A stretch of 64,000 bases of DNA from Eledone cirrhosa (GCA_964016885.1 OZ024743.1:309814001-309878000); one strand, 5' to 3'; positions 11,977 through 26,589 are shown, counted from the stretch's first letter. Numbers and translations: made by a program. Notes: generated by a model not told the origin, from the sequence alone.

Positions 11977-13663
11977 AGTAATAATAATAAAATTGAAGAC
12001 TAAAATCCAAAGAGGGCTCGATAAGGAAAATATATATCAAATATATAAGAACCGTAGAGCAAATATTTATTAAAATAACAGATTAAAGTTTAAGCAAAGA
12101 ATCGCTGCTTTCACCCTTAACGGGATCTTCTGAAACTAACAACGTCAATCTGTAAACGCAGAACTGGATATTTCAAAAAACGTTGCAACCGGAGGAAGAC
12201 AGGAAGACGGACTTTGGTTCGTGGTAACGTTCGCTGGCAAAGAACGGGAAAAAACGAATAATACGTCATTAATTGTCTACAAATGTAAGGTTGTAACACC
12301 CACGTCCCGTAGGGCCTACATAGGGTTAACCGCCAATAGTTTCAAGCAGCGTCTTTACATGCATACCCATTCTTTTCGTTACCCTCTAAGAAGGAATATG
12401 ACGTCACTTTCAGCTTATATCTGGAGTCTAAAAGACAACCACACCCAATATAAGTTACACTGAGAGATGCTAGCTAGGGCTAGATCGTATAACGGAAATA
12501 AAAGACCATGTGACCTCTGCGCCGCTGAGGCCCTGGAAATACTCTACGCCACAGACCACATCTTAAACAAAAAATCTGAGGCAATTTCGGCTTGTAAACA
12601 TAAATTGCACAAAACTTTCCTGTATTACAGCCCCACGTTATACGCTAACGGATAGCACGATCTATACGTGGATATTTTACGTCTTGATGTGGGAGCTAAG
12701 TATATGTTTTGTTTATTCCTTTACGTATTTGCATAGGTAAGTATATATTACCCGTATGTTTTGTGAAGGTATGTATACCTTCTCGTACGTATATTTGACT
12801 GTTATAGCGTATAATTTTTACATATTCTGGTATTTAGGGTTTGGCTATGTGTATACGGGAGTTTTGCGTCCGCGTGAGTGTGCAGGTTCGTACGTATGGT
12901 GGGTGTGTGTATATGTGTACTTCTTGTTTTGGTTGACTTACGTCTCCGAACATTCGTGTATTTATATGTAGGTATACGTGTGCGCTTGTTATATACGTAT
13001 TTATTTACTTATATACGTTTATATAATTATTTATTTATTTATTTATTTGTACACAAGCATACACACACACACATATTTATACGTGCGTGGTTTTGTATAC
13101 CCATGGTAAGGTTTTGCGTATGCTTGTGTATGTACGTATCTGTTTGCGTGTATGTATTTATTTGTTCCTATTACTTCTGTATTGTATTTATTTACTTTGT
13201 TCTTAACTCTGTAGCGGAGATTCATTTGGTCTCCTAGTTAGAATTTTAGTCTACGATGTCTGCTATACCATTTACGTGGTTTTGTCTTTGCGTGCTATTG
13301 TTCTCCACGCTCCACATATGACTTATTATCTTCGTTTTTTCGTTCATTGCCAGATAACGTCTCTATGCACCACCTAAGAGAACATTAGTCTACGACCTCT
13401 TTTATACCATAAACGTGGTTTTGTCTTTGCGCGTAATTGTTTTTCACCGCTCCTATTAATGACGTATTATTCGTTTTTTCCCGTTCTTTGCCAGCGAACG
13501 TTACCACGAACCAAAGTATCGTCTTCCTGTCTTCCTCCGGTTGCAACGTTTTTTGAAATATCCAGTTCTGCGTTTACATATTGACGTTGTTAGTTTCAGA
13601 AGATCCCGTTAAGGGTGAAAGCAGCGATTCTTTGCTTAAACTTTAATCTGTTATTTTAATAAA
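11977..13663 (+). mobile_element. PLE family B 3' fragment (GIY-YIG remnant 12270-12655, full 3' UTR) with inverted pLTR at 11977-12270
   Basis: IVYKCK...AYIGLT...CDLC with a W>stop at 12461. 12065-12270 is the reverse complement of ~13457-13663. TA arrays on both sides. Confidence 0.9.
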
Positions 13664-13730
13664 TAATAAATATATATGTATATATATATATTTGTATATG
13701 TATGTATATATATACATACGTATATATTTG

Positions 13731-13829
<99 letters not shown>

Positions 13830-13887
13830 ATTATTGCTACATATATTCTATTATTAGCTATTATGAAGAAAATACTAGCTATTATAG

Positions 13888-13930
13888 TCTTTGCGGGATA
13901 TATAAAATTGGATTCTTCCCATATTCCAGA
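13888..13930 (+). CDS. Possible upstream exon of the TMTC-like gene (LCGIYKIGFFPYSR)
   Basis: Strong donor AGA|GTAAGT at 13931, phase-compatible with 14042 across a 111-nt intron. Acceptor ambiguous and protein similarity weak. Confidence 0.3.
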
Positions 13931-14041
13931 GTAAGTTTAGTGTTGATGTCTTGTGTAGCAAACAGAATAATATATCTTATTTTTCATATAGTTTGAACAT
14001 TATCTTGTGCATATTTATTGAAGTACGCTATTTCTTTTCAG

Positions 14042-14098
14042 ATTCTAAAGACCGCAGCTGTATGTTTGATATTCATATTTATTATCAGGTCTCACCAG
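14042..14098 (+). CDS. TMTC-like gene exon (last TM helix: ILKTAAVCLIFIFIIRSHQ)
   Basis: ttttcAG acceptor and CAG|GTCAGA donor; 57 nt, phase 0/0. Hydrophobic helix directly preceding RNxxW, as in TMTC proteins. Confidence 0.7.
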
Positions 14099-14857
14099 GT
14101 CAGAATCTTTATTTTATTCATTTCTATGCATATAATTAGTGCCATGTTTTTGAGCCCTATATAACATTTCTATATATTTCTCATGCCACTGCAATTTAAA
14201 ATATATTTCAAGTAAACTTAAATGAATTGTAAACGAATTTTAAACCTTTAGAAAATTAAAGTGGAACTCTGTTGATTTCGACGATGTGTATTCCAGCTGG
14301 TCGCTCAACGTCCGAACGATTGAGTATTCCACAGACATGTGTACCCTAAACGTAATTTTCAGAGAGATTCAACGTGGCAATGTTGGCTCATTACAGGTAC
14401 AGTACATCTGGCGGGATTCTTCACAGTTTATGCCTAACCAATTTACTTCACATAGCATGGATCGACCCTAGGCTTCGCTACATGAACTTTTCCAAAGATG
14501 CCACGCAATGGGATCAAACTCAGTACATCTTGATTACGAAGCAAAGTTCTTAACCATTCGACCAAGCCCTGTCTAACATGTTACTATGTGATACATAGGA
14601 AATCATGTGCCCTTCCTTTTGGGACAAACCTCGTGTTTCGTTATGAATTGGAATAAATGGTATTTAGAAGTTGTATCTCTTTTAATATTTTCCCCATAGT
14701 TAGGGTTAGATCTTTACATGTTCAAAAATAACTTGTAAAATTCAAACAGTATTTTCTTATATACCCTTTTTCCCCAGATCATGCTCCTCTTTTTGCATAT
14801 CATTTCATATATACACAATACACTATTCCTTTCAGTTTGGATTCTTCCCCTAAGTAA

Positions 14858-14978
14858 TAATTGTTTCTACTTTTGGCACAAGGCCAGCAATTACCCAGTG
14901 CATTACTGGTACTTTATTTTATCGACCCCGGAAGGATGAAAGGCAAAGTTAACCTCGGCGGGATTTGAACTCAGATCA
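14858..14978 (-). mobile_element. tRNA-derived SINE, family S1 (5' truncated)
   Basis: Reverse complement of the family at 21088: B-box GAGTTCAAATCCC, core GCCTTTCATCCTT..GGGGTCGATAAAATAAAGTACCAG. Confidence 0.85.
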
Positions 14979-15779
14979 TACAGGGAGGTAATACATAATT
15001 CCTCCTTTGTTTTAAAATCTTTTCCTAGGAACCAAGTGTCTCATATTTATCAATCACTGTTATAAATGACGCGATAATTATGCAGGGAGTTTTCAATAAA
15101 TTCTTTTATCAGGTTACCGATGTTAGTGATATATCATCATGGTCATATTTCTGTTAAATTGCTTAAGGGATTTTAATAGAAACAATGTAAAACCTAAAAT
15201 ATATATGAGACTTAAGGATTATAGAGAAAGCTAGTTTGCAAGCAGATTGATATACACAGCATGCTGAAAAGTATAACTGAATTTGATATTGGATATACGA
15301 TAGAAATATTGTATTTAGCATCACACAGAGGTTTTCAAATTTTACCTTTTAATTACCTTGACATTTTGTGGAACTGGATTTAGAAACATATTTTTATTTA
15401 TTTACTTATATATTCAAAACCAATTATTTTATGATTAGGTTGTTGGATACACGATCATAAATCATGGGTTGTGTTCTTGAGCAAGACACTTCATTTCACG
15501 TTGCCTTTGATGATAGGAATGGCGTCCCTTACATTAAAATAGGAGATAAACCACCTATAAGAGATCCTCGTAAGAGGCCAGATACACTGGCAAAGCTGTA
15601 AACTCTTCTTCTTCTTCTTCTTCTTCTTCTTCTTCTTCTGTCTCTTAGGTTTTGACGATGTCCAGTTTTTAGCTTCATATAAAGAATAAAACAGTACTTT
15701 TTAACCTCTGCGCTGTCTTGTTATTTCTTGAACTCTTTCTCTCTCTCTTTATATATATATGTTTATTTATATATATATA

Positions 15780-16370
15780 TGGAATAGAATGAAACGAAAT
15801 TTCATTTCTCACTCTTAGTACGGCACTTACTTAAATGTAAGTAAGTATGTATGTATACGTACATACATATATGTATACAGACATACAGTAATATGTATAT
15901 ATATACATACATGCACACATATATATATATGCACGTATCGGTTTACCGAACATTTATTATAATGCTGGGTTTGTTTGTAAACAAACAAACAGCCCGAATT
16001 AGGCCGTACAGTGTTTAGGCAACCACGTCACCTTTTTGTTCAACACTGACACAGGAACGATGTACTAGTTTCAAGCTTATTAGCTATCGTCAGCATCGTA
16101 TACCTTCCTGCCAGATGGTTGAACGCCTGAAAGTATATACTTTCCTTATGAATATTAATGGCTGAGCAGCCTAATTTGCATATCGAGTGAGTTCAGTCGG
16201 CCGGGCACACCGAAAACGATAAATGGAATAGAATGAAACGAAATTTCATTTCTCACTCTTAGTACGGCACTTACTTAAATGTAAGTATGTATGTATGTAT
16301 ACGTACATACATATATGTATACAGACGTACAGTAGTATGTATATATATACATACATGCACACATATATAT
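15780..16370 (-). mobile_element. Non-coding tandem HHR repeat, family D (1.3 units, period ~444)
   Basis: 15781-15930 recurs at 16225-16370. Begins at a TA run. Confidence 0.88.
16057..16099 (-). ncRNA. Minimal type I hammerhead, family D, intact
   Basis: rc: acgatg-CTGACGA-t agct aata agct t-GAAA-ctag-TA-catcgt, with a perfect 6-bp stem I. Confidence 0.92.
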
Positions 16371-16730
16371 CTTTAAGTGTGTGTGTGCACGCACATAAAA
16401 TTCACATATGCATATATTACAATGCATATATTACAATGTCATTTAAATGCCTTAAAACTTAAGGGAATGCCTATTTTGAAAACGGCAGAATACAGTTGTT
16501 TAGAAACACAGAGAATAAAGAAGAGTGTAAACACTGATGTTGAGAGAATGGATGACTGAACGGTCAAATATTTGAATGAGGGGAAAACAATAAGAAAGAC
16601 AAATACAATAGTTAGAAAATGAATGCCGAAATCAATAATAATTTTAATGATTGATATGCAATATTTTCATTATTTTTCAACTGCGCAATTACCAAAATTA
16701 AATGTTTATGTGCATTCTTAAAATAAACAA

Positions 16731-16948
16731 GGGTAGTGGATTGACAGTATCGGTAGAGGGTCGGACGCCATGCTGTGCAGCATGGAGTTACGGCCGTTTA
16801 TGATCTGAGTTCAAATCCCGCCGAAGTTAATTTTTTCTTTCATCCTTACGGGGTCGATAAAATAAAGTACCAGTCACGTACTGGGGTCGATTTAATCGAC
16901 TTCTCCCCACCCCCAAATTGCTGGCCTTGTGTCTTTATAAGAAACCAT
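16731..16948 (+). mobile_element. tRNA-derived SINE, family S1
   Basis: A-box-like TGACAGTATCGG, B-box GAGTTCAAATCCC, central conserved (Nin-domain-like) core, tail GCTGGCCTTGTG. Confidence 0.88.
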
Positions 16949-17014
16949 TCTTAAAATAAACACATCTCTCTCAATTATGTTAATATGTAAATATTTTATT
17001 ATTCTGTATTGTAG

Positions 17015-17086
17015 AGAAACAAAGATTGGCTTGATGGGAAAAGACTTTTTCTTGCAGGTCTTAAAGTATGTCCAAATAATGCTAAG
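17015..17086 (+). CDS. TMTC-like gene exon (RNKDWLDGKRLFLAGLKVCPNNAK)
   Basis: tgtAG acceptor and AAG|GTAAG donor. Matches the TMTC hallmark RNxxW...LFxSxLxVxPxNAK; VCPxNAK is most like TMTC4 from memory. Confidence 0.88.
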
Positions 17087-20000
17087 GTAAGATTATTTTA
17101 TAACACATATTAAATTCTACACCTATTTTGTTATTCTTTTGTTGTACTCTAATTAAGACATCGTTTAAACAATAAAGTTATTTGCTTCGTAATTCTAGCT
17201 TGAATTATTCCAGCAGCTCGAATAAATATAATTGAATATGTATATATTCAAGAATCATAACAACATAGATTGTTATACAATTTGGTTGCAACTTTAGTTC
17301 ACGTCACTTTTAGTAGTGAAATGTCTTATGAAACACGACAGTAAATAGAAGGACGCGTGCTACATATTGCAGTCAATATTTTGGAATGGGTAGAATTCTA
17401 GGAAGACAAATATTTCAAGCGATATTGATAACGTCAATTTCATCATCCGGAATACTTTTCTTAGCGCTGGTCGTTATGAATTAGAATTAAAATTAATCTT
17501 TCTCCGATATTGAACAGGTAGGTTCTTTAGAGTGAAGTCCGAAACTTGAAACTCCTTTACAGGGAGATTAAATATGTTTTGGAAAACGCAATGAAATATA
17601 TATTATAAATATTTTGTTTTTGTTTCAACTTGTTTCTACATGGCTTTATTTTTTTAAAACATATACATATTAACATTACAAATATAAGAAAATAACGTTT
17701 GACTTTTACAAGTAATCGTACAATATGGAAAAATCTAACGCTGATTATGAAGAAAATATTAAAAGTGATACAACTTCTCAACATCTTGATTTTATAATTT
17801 GCTTTGGTTTTATATATACTACTATATTACAAGCGAATGCCCATACATTCTGGAGCTTATTTATTTAAAAGAGGCTAAATATTTGAATGACGTATATTTA
17901 CTGAAGATGAAAAGCAGATTTAGGGTAGGATTTGTATCGGAATAAATATTTTATATTGATATTTGTAAGCTAAAGAAATACTCGACATAACTGCTGTATA
18001 TAGTAATTATATAAGTAAATTGCATTCCGTAATATGTATGGTTAGAATGACTACGTTATTCAAACATAAGGGCCTTGTATAAAGCCAGAACACAATATGT
18101 CAGCTATTAACTCATGTGGGTTTAGACACTGTTAGCTGTGTTTAACCAATGACATATATTATCCACTGCCAAATAACAAGTAAAAAGTATCATCAACTGG
18201 ATTTGAGTGTTACAAAGTGAACGTTACTGTTATTTTATGTATGATAATGTATATTATAAAATTAATATTTTACCATAGACTCCTGTAACCTAAGCCTTAT
18301 CTGGATACAAAAACGTCGTTCAATTCCATGCTTTACATCACACGTGAACACAGCCCCGATATTCTTGAACTTCTCCACCTATAAACACTCCTAATTCTGC
18401 AATGATATTACTGTAACTTTTGGTGGTGGTGATGGTGTTTAGCTCCACATCAATCCTGATTGAGCAAACCCATGATCAAAGCCTGTCAAGCATGGCTAGC
18501 CACTTATTTTAGGGGTATATAGGACTAATATTAACTCTTAAATAAATGTAGGGAATTGGGAGAGTCGTTAGGATGTTGGTATTGATTTCGACTTTTTGCG
18601 TTACGAGTACAAATCCCACTAACTTTAAATTTGCCTTCCATCTATTCTAGTCCTGGGCAGTGGAGTGACGAACTTATTTAAGAATCATACACGGTGCTGT
18701 GTAGTGTCGCATCCTGCTCTCTGTTTTCTGAGTTCAAATCCCGCCCTATTCTGCCAGTATTTACAATCGGTAGATACTATCAGCAAATGAAAGTTCAATG
18801 GATACATAGTTTTCATAGTGCGATTTGATGGTTGGTCCTTATTTAATTATCATTTATGTATAAACAAAAAAAACGAATGCCCTCTTCGGTCATAATCAAC
18901 CTTAAGCTTGAACCTAGAAAATTCTTCTCCTTTTCGAAAGTTGGTTTGTGGAAGACTAACACTCAACATTATCGCCATGGAAGTTATCAAAGAGAAAAGC
19001 AAAGGACGATACGTCCAGAATGCCAAATTTGGGAATAAATTCATATCTTCACAAATCATTGGCGCAGAGAAGTCATTTATATCTCGTTGGAAGCGTTTTA
19101 GAAAGCTCAACTAATTGATTTAAAACTATTTTTAAAAAAGCATCTAATTTTGAAGATAGAACCTGATTTTTTTTCTGACATTTGCTGCAAAAATTGCTTA
19201 ATTGACATAAATTGTGCTTGGTGCAAAAATAAATGTATTAGATTCGTAAATTTGATCAATTACATCATAGGAATGAATTGGGCATAATTAGAGAAGGAGT
19301 GTCTCTCTATGGCACTCTAGAACCAGCAAAAAGACTTAATTTATATTGTCATGTTATTCCCCATTAGAATTACAGCTTGCTAATAACATTATTTGGAAAA
19401 ATCCTGTTCCAAACAGCAGTGTGTTTGCTCATCGAGTTTTGTTGGTATGAGGTGTAGAGGATCTATATGTGCTGCCTGTAGAACTTGAGCCTTCTTTGGA
19501 TGTTTTAAGGGGATTTTTTGATTTATGTGTCACAGTGACTGACAAAAATGTGAATATCACCTGCAAAATAGAGTGATCAATAATTGATGGCAAGATAGTA
19601 TCTCTTCTTCAACATGACAGTCGTATAGTCTGTTATTTATGTCATACGACCCATATGAGCTGATGAAAATCTATGGCCTCCAGATAACAAAGGATTATAA
19701 TTCCCGCAAGGAAGCATAGTATAAAGTAGTTGCTGTTGAGATATCCTATTCTAGCAGTAAAAGGCAGGGATAGTGCCATAGAAACCTTATAAAAGCAGAT
19801 ATGCATTGTTTCTCAGTCTTACACTAGAAACTAAGATCATTTGATTTTGCTCAAAAGATTTTGTATCACTTGGTTGCCAGTCAAAGAATATGGGGTGAAG
19901 ATTGAAAGCTACTGCGGTTCATTTAGCATGCTAAGCAACAGTGCATTGACCATATCAGGTCAACTATTAGAATACTAATGGATTCACTCAGTGGAATAGG

Positions 20001-21087
20001 TGGGAACACCGAAACCGGACCATTGGCTAACTGATTTTTCAGTGTCCCCAAAACCACCAAAATGTTCTCTCACGACAATTATGAAATATTCTTGTCTCTG
20101 GCCAACGTTATGCTCCCTGACACATACCCAATGAAAGAGAAGAATGTATGGTCTGGCAAATTAAAGGCACTTAGATAGATTTAATGTTACAATTAAAGGC
20201 ACTTAGATAGATTTAATGTTACACTTAAAAACTCATTTCTTGATGAGAGGGGCTTCTCATTGGTGGTTATAATTCCACCATTCCATCAAATGTGTGCTCA
20301 CTGCTGGGAAGTTTTTGAATGGAATGGTGGGCGGTAAATTGTGAAATGAAGTAAAAATTCATTTGAAAGTTGGAACAAACACAGGTCATTTCAGAGTGGG
20401 GTAACTGCAAGATCTCTCCAGCTTTCAGTAATTGACAACATTTATGACATCTTCCAAAGGATGCTTATAATGTCTCATCCGGAAATTTCGTCAAAAAGAC
20501 CTTGGCCTGGCTGCTTCATTTGTGGAGAAATAGACACATAGCTCTGTCACTCAAACATAAGAATGTTTCACTTTTAATGCAAGAGGAAAGCAAAATTGCC
20601 TCCATGTATTTTACATAGACATTGAGTATGAGTATATTGAGTATTGAACTTGGGGAGCACTAGAACATTTCATCTTAGTTTAAAAGCCTGTAATGATACA
20701 GGCATTCTGTTTCAAAATGTACAATCTTTTCTAAGTTCTACATGTATATTGGTTACTGCAAAGCCTTTATATTATTACTACTCTAAATATCTATATTAAA
20801 CATTTCAGCCCATTTGAGTATCATTTTATTAGGTACAATCAAACAAAAGTGTGGCTGTTACAAGTTCTAACAAAGAACATTCAAGTCAGCATAAAACTTC
20901 AGTTTTTAAGTTCCTTTAGCTGAAATTTTTCTCAAAAGTCCACCATAGCCAGGGGATTCCAGAAAATATTAACTCTATAGTGTGAAATGCTGTGAAATGT
21001 TTAAAAGTTTGGTTTTCCGAAGATTTTTTAGAGAAAAAATATGGATGATTTCATTACAATAAATTATTATATTTCTAAATATCAAAG

Positions 21088-21274
21088 GGCGGTGGATTGG
21101 CAGTATCAGTAGAGGGTCGGACGCCATGCTTTCCAGCATAGTTACGTCCCTTTACGATCTGAGTTCAAATCCCGCCGAGGGGACTTTGCCTTTCATCCTT
21201 ACGTGGTCGATAAAATAAAGTACCAGTAATGCACTGGGTAATTGCTGGCCTTGTGCCTAAAGTAGAAACAATTA
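21088..21274 (+). mobile_element. tRNA-derived SINE, family S1
   Basis: TGGCAGTATCAG A-box, GAGTTCAAATCCC B-box, same core and tail. Confidence 0.9.
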
Positions 21275-21599
21275 TATTTCTAAATATCTGATTTTTGTTG
21301 AACCTGTTTAGAAAACTACTCTTAGCAGGTAAAATCCAGTAAATTATCTTTCAGAAAATGCCAGTTCAATCTCCGATTTACTGAGCTTGATATTTTATGG
21401 CCGTTTCATTTTGAATGATTTTTCAAGATATTTTGTGGATTTTTGTTAAATAATTTTTTGTGCTAACTTTAAATTATCATAACATTCTGTACGCCCAATC
21501 TCTTTAGCTGCGTTGTTTTTCCTTCTTTTCCCTAAACGTCTTATTCAACAGAAAATCTGCAATAAACAATGAATGGAAAACTTCAAAACATAATATTTT

Positions 21600-21780
21600 C
21601 CCACTCTGGGCGCATTGTGTAACGTTTGATGCAACATGTCATCAGTTACATATTAAGTCATTTTCCCAATCTAGTGAACTAGTGCAAAGTGAAATCAAGT
21701 GCCTTGTTCAAGAAAACCGTGAACCATCTATGGCCTAGCGATTCAGAGCCTAACATCCTAACTACTAAGATACACAGCTC
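21600..21780 (-). mobile_element. Degenerate SINE of a second family (S2)
   Basis: rc contains TCTTGAACAAGGCACTTGATTTCAC, shared with 15430-15510 (+), 33320-33480 (-) and 35530-35790 (+). Confidence 0.55.
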
Positions 21781-22179
21781 ATTATACACAGAAAATACAG
21801 TATAAATGCATCTCGGTGATCTTAAGATGATTAATCAAATAACAGCTGATCATGAGTGTTGTAGTCACGTTTTCTAAATATTACTGATATTCTATCGGCT
21901 CGTAGCCAGGCAATCAATTCTGTATTGAAGAACAGAAAATCATGTATCCATATTCATCAAAACTTATTTACGTATTTCTGCATTATTCATTCGTGATATT
22001 TGGATGTAATTGATTTAATATTTATAAAACTAATAATTATTTTCAAATAAACTCATGGGTTTTTATACGCGCCATTATTTGCTATACATTTGTCTAAGCA
22101 GAATACTGTGTATATATGTCTGTGTAAATCTCTCTTTCTCACTCACTCTCCCTTTCTCTCTTTCTCTCTTTCTTCTGAC

Positions 22180-22710
22180 CCCACCACTTTCCGCTTCTTT
22201 CCCAACACACCCATCACTGCCCTTTAAGCGCGACCGTAATCTCCGCGAACTTCTGGTACACAGCTACTTCTCTTCCTCTCCTAGGACTCCACCCGGCTCT
22301 GTCTCCGTTCTCAACACTACTCTAACACCAGTCTCTTCCTTTCTAACCTCACCACTCTCACAGGAACTAACGGTTCTTTCCGTATCCGTCACTCCTTCAC
22401 CTCCACATACACCCACGTAGTCTATGCACTCCAGTGTTCCATTTGCGGCTCCATACACATCGGACAAACAGGCCACCGTCTGGCGGACTGTTTCGCTGAA
22501 CAATTGAGGGACATACAATTCAGCATGGCTCGTCAATTCGCCATCGCTCGTCATTTCCGTTCTCCAAGTCACTCCTCCTACATGTCACAGTCCTTGTCCT
22601 ACATCACGGATCACTGGCATCGCAAACCATGACTGTGCAGAGTCTGCTTTTTTGCCTTGGGTCCAGTTTCTCTAATGGACTCAATTCCTCTCCACAATTT
22701 CTTTATTCTT
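22180..22710 (+). pseudogene. Neptune-like PLE GIY-YIG endonuclease remnant
   Basis: AFKRDRNLRELLVHS...THVVYALQCSICGSIHIGQTGHRLADCFAEQLRDI...IARHF. Homologous to 55798-56330 (-). Confidence 0.85.
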
Positions 22711-23429
22711 GCACATACGCTCTGCTTACTTCTGTACCACTAGCTACTTGTCCTGCCTTGTCCGCTGTCACACATGCGCGCGCACATTCACCACATATGT
22801 CCCTATGACTCTGTTACGGTCAGAAACACACACTCTTACAACTTGTACTGCCAATCAACTCACACGCACACATCTCTACACTCACCCTCACAGCTCTGTA
22901 CGGACTAACAACTAATGCTCACACACACCATCTTAAACATATATACGCACGCATATCTTCACAATTCCGTAATTAAAACAAAACAAACTCACACACACAC
23001 GCATTCTCTCTTAAACTTATGCATATGCACACACAGACGTCCTCTTAGCTTAGTACAGACAAGTAATAAAAGCACACGCACACGTTCACGATCTATATAT
23101 AAAACGATCTTTTCCTTTTCCGCTAGACACGTTCGATCGCCGCCTTTTAAAACAAGACCAACTGATTTTCTTATACAGCAATGCCAGAATCCAAGATATG
23201 TTTACTTGAATAGACCTATCTGTTCTCATAAACATCGTTTTTCATTTCTGCCACACTCCACTTTCCTCTATCTTTCTATTTTGTCTTCAATTTCACATTC
23301 TTTATTCTGATGGAGAATATCCTACTAGATCAAATGTAAAGCATATATTTCTTCATTGTAATGCATTGTTTGCTTTGTTATGTTTGTTTGCCTTTTGCAT
23401 TGACACACACACACACACATATATATTTT

Positions 23430-24090
23430 ATATATATAAAACAGAGAATGTCTGTCTGTCTGTCTGTCTGTCTGAGTCCCTAAACCTCGAGAACCACCCA
23501 ACTGATTGTTTTCAAACTTTACATATGTAATACTTATGGTCGTGTGAGTGTTTTGAGCAAAATGATTTCATATTTTCAATGCTTTAGGGACCGAATTAGG
23601 CGAAAAAGCGATCTCTCTATAATTCTTAATCTTTCTTTTTAGATAGATACATAGCTACGACGTCGCGCCCTTATCTTATCTGTCTGTATGTCTGGCTGTC
23701 TGCATTACGACATTATGACACTATCTATGTGTGTGTGTATATATGTATATATAGTGTGTAACATTTTTCGAAATATTTAATTCTGTGTTCACAGATTGAT
23801 TTTTTTAGTTTCAGAAGATCCCGTGTACAGATATTTTTGCATACACAAAAACAAAATATAAACAAACGTATTTATTTCACGAGGCTCGACAGCAGCAAAA
23901 GCAACAACAAAAAGAGAGGGAACGCAATTACATGCTTTTGAAAAATCCTAATGGAAAATTATTTGCCTATTTACCCAGGCGACTTCACTTTTTATTAGGA
24001 CTTCTGCATCAATTGGTGAACATACGACGAAAGGGATAAACAAGCCAGTCTATGTTTAGAATCCCGAGAAACGCCGTGCCATTCTGCTAG
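23430..24090 (+). mobile_element. Non-autonomous Helitron
   Basis: 5' TATATATAAAA..(CTGT)n; 3' hairpin CCCGAGAAACGCCGTG then CTAG|T. Confidence 0.75.
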
Positions 24091-24091
24091 T

Positions 24092-24939
24092 ATATATCTA
24101 AAACAGAGAATGTATGTCTGTCTGTCTCCCTAAAACTCGAGAAGCACACAACCAATTCTTTTTCAAACTTTACACATTTAATACTTATGGTCGTGTGAGT
24201 GTTTTGAGTCAAAAATATTTCAAACTAGGGAACGCATTAGGCGAAAAACCGCATATTTTAGGTTTTAAAGGGTTTTTTGAGGCATAACGGAACAATAATC
24301 CAGGCGATTTCTTCAAACTTTACATTACTTATGTCGTTTAAAGTGTTTTGAGCAAAACAGATTTTCTCATTTTTTTGCCCAGGGACCGCATTAGGCGAAA
24401 AACCGATCTTTTGAAGCATTTTGTTTGCGTCAGGGCCTGTAACCCGAGAAGCACGCAACCGATTTTTTAAAAACTTTGCATATGCATTACTTATGTTTCA
24501 CAAATTTTCTTGACTGATAAAGATTTCAAATGTTTGCCCGGGGACCGCACTGTTTAGCATTTTGGTTGCGTTAAGGCCTGTAACCTTAAAAGTATCCAAC
24601 TATATTCCTTGATGCTCTCCACCACTGCAGTCCCACATGATTACTACTCTGTAACTATTGCTTTCATTGTACCATAGCACAACAAATACATGTTCGGTTT
24701 GTCGAATGCCTTTTTACTTAACCCTATCGTCTTGGCTTTCATGGGTTGAACATTTTACTCTCAGGCACACAGTTAAGTTATATCCCTGGTAATCTACGAC
24801 GAATTTTTTTATAAGCACAAAATGTAGAAACCATCCCCAGGCCGAGGTATTCCGTACTTCTCTGTACTGTTTCAGAAAGGAGAGATAAACATGCCAATCT
24901 ATGTTTAGAATCCCGAGCAACGCCGGGCCATTCTCTTAG
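24092..24939 (+). mobile_element. Non-autonomous Helitron, related tandem copy
   Basis: Same 5' end as 23430, internal ~120-130-bp subrepeats, 3' CCCGAGCAACGCCGGG..TTAG|T. Confidence 0.75.
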
Positions 24940-24944
24940 TATGT

Positions 24945-25450
24945 ATATATAACGTTGTATTCCTGTCTGTTTGTTTGTTTGTTTGTTCACGAACTACTCC
25001 TATGGTTTTGAAAATAGACCCCCCCCTCCCCCATAACCATATATATTCTGAAACTACATTGCCCAGGGTACTTGGATAAGTATATTTCATTTTAAGGGTT
25101 CCCTGGAGGCACGAAACCCCCGCTGAAAATGTGTTCCCTTAGATTTATATGAAATTTAAACCATAGGTAAATGACAAGATATGATGCCTATTCACAAAAG
25201 TTTTGAATTGATATTTAAAAAAAAAATTATTTACAAGAAACAAAATAAGAATAAGATTTAATAATGTAATTTTCATTTGATATATTACAAAAAATAATGT
25301 TTTCCAGTTTTTCATGCATTACATTTTACATTGAGTAATATTGAAATGCAGAGTTTTTCTCCATAAATTATATCACTGATGTAAAATCAATCATCATTTT
25401 CTTACAAAAAAAATGTGTGAAACGCAGAAGGGCGCGGGTAATTCGGGTGG
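24945..25450 (+). mobile_element. Probable third non-autonomous Helitron
   Basis: TATATATAA..(TGTT)n start and a degenerate GC hairpin CGCAGAAGGGCGCGGGTA near the end. No CTAG terminus. Confidence 0.5.
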
Positions 25451-25491
<41 letters not shown>

Positions 25492-25686
25492 TAGGTAGAT
25501 ATATGTGTGTATCTATGTATGTGTGTGTGTACACACTTATATGCATACGCGGGGTCATGTGTCTTAGTGTATGTATGGGTATATACATGTCTGTGCGCGT
25601 CTGTACACCTATGCTTGCCTGTCTATGTTGTTGATTTTGTACATCCTAAAATTATTTCTTCCTATCAATATTATCTACAATTGAAA

Positions 25687-25862
25687 ATATCGGTAGAGTG
25701 TCGGACGCCATGCTTTGCGGTATAGAGTTACGGCCCTTTACGACATGAGTTCAAATCCCTCCGGTTAACTTTACCTTTCATCCTTACGTGCTCGATAAAG
25801 TAAAGTACCAGTAATGTACTGCGACAATTGCTGGTCTTGCGCCAAAAGTAGAATCAATATTA
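25687..25862 (+). mobile_element. tRNA-derived SINE, family S1
   Basis: B-box, core and tail as at 21088. Confidence 0.85.
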
Positions 25863-26589
25863 TCTACAAACTCCTTTTTAAAAAAAATTCTTTGACAAAA
25901 CATGAAATGTTTTTACCGACACGATAAACTAGCACCGGGTCGTCCAAGCGTGATGCACCCCACAAAATATTTGCCGAAATCCTGACAAAGTATATTGGAG
26001 ACCTCGGAAAGGAACTAGCCAAGTTCTATTCACTATATTATACAAGAACGTTGTTCAATTTTACTGGCTATTTTGTACATAGCAGAAAGATTTGATGCAC
26101 ATTTACGAATCTTCAGGGATTAATTAAACCCGAGAGAATATCATGAAGCCAAATAATTCATTGACGTAAACTATTAATTAGTGAAACATTTCAATAGGTG
26201 TGTAAAATGTATGATGTTATTGTCTTTCTTACATCGGTATTTGGGCGAGTGTTTACGAAAAATTAACGACTCAGAAATACATGTATACACAGCTTTTAAA
26301 AGTTACCGTAGTAACTGTGTTAACATCATCATTATCATCCGGCGGCCTCAGCGGAAATGGACGCAACAATTGATCTCCACGTGGGTCTGTTATTTATTGC
26401 CGTTGCAAAATCATGGATTCCTATACCAGAATCTCTGTTATTAGTGACTGCTTGTGGTTTCCAAAACACTAATGACGACACAGCCTCGTAAGTGGCATCT
26501 TAAAGTATATACATTGTAATTAATTGTATTTTTAATATACATAAACATTGTATATAGGTCTAAATACAAATACTCATACATTTTTCTTC

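Noticed and set aside
18790-20800. Higher-complexity stretch, possibly a decayed transposon coding region
   Set aside because: I could not recover a convincing motif in any frame; BLASTX would be needed.
23306-23340. CTGATGG.. downstream of the Neptune-like remnant as an HHR
   Set aside because: GAAA and stems are not recoverable; too decayed to call.
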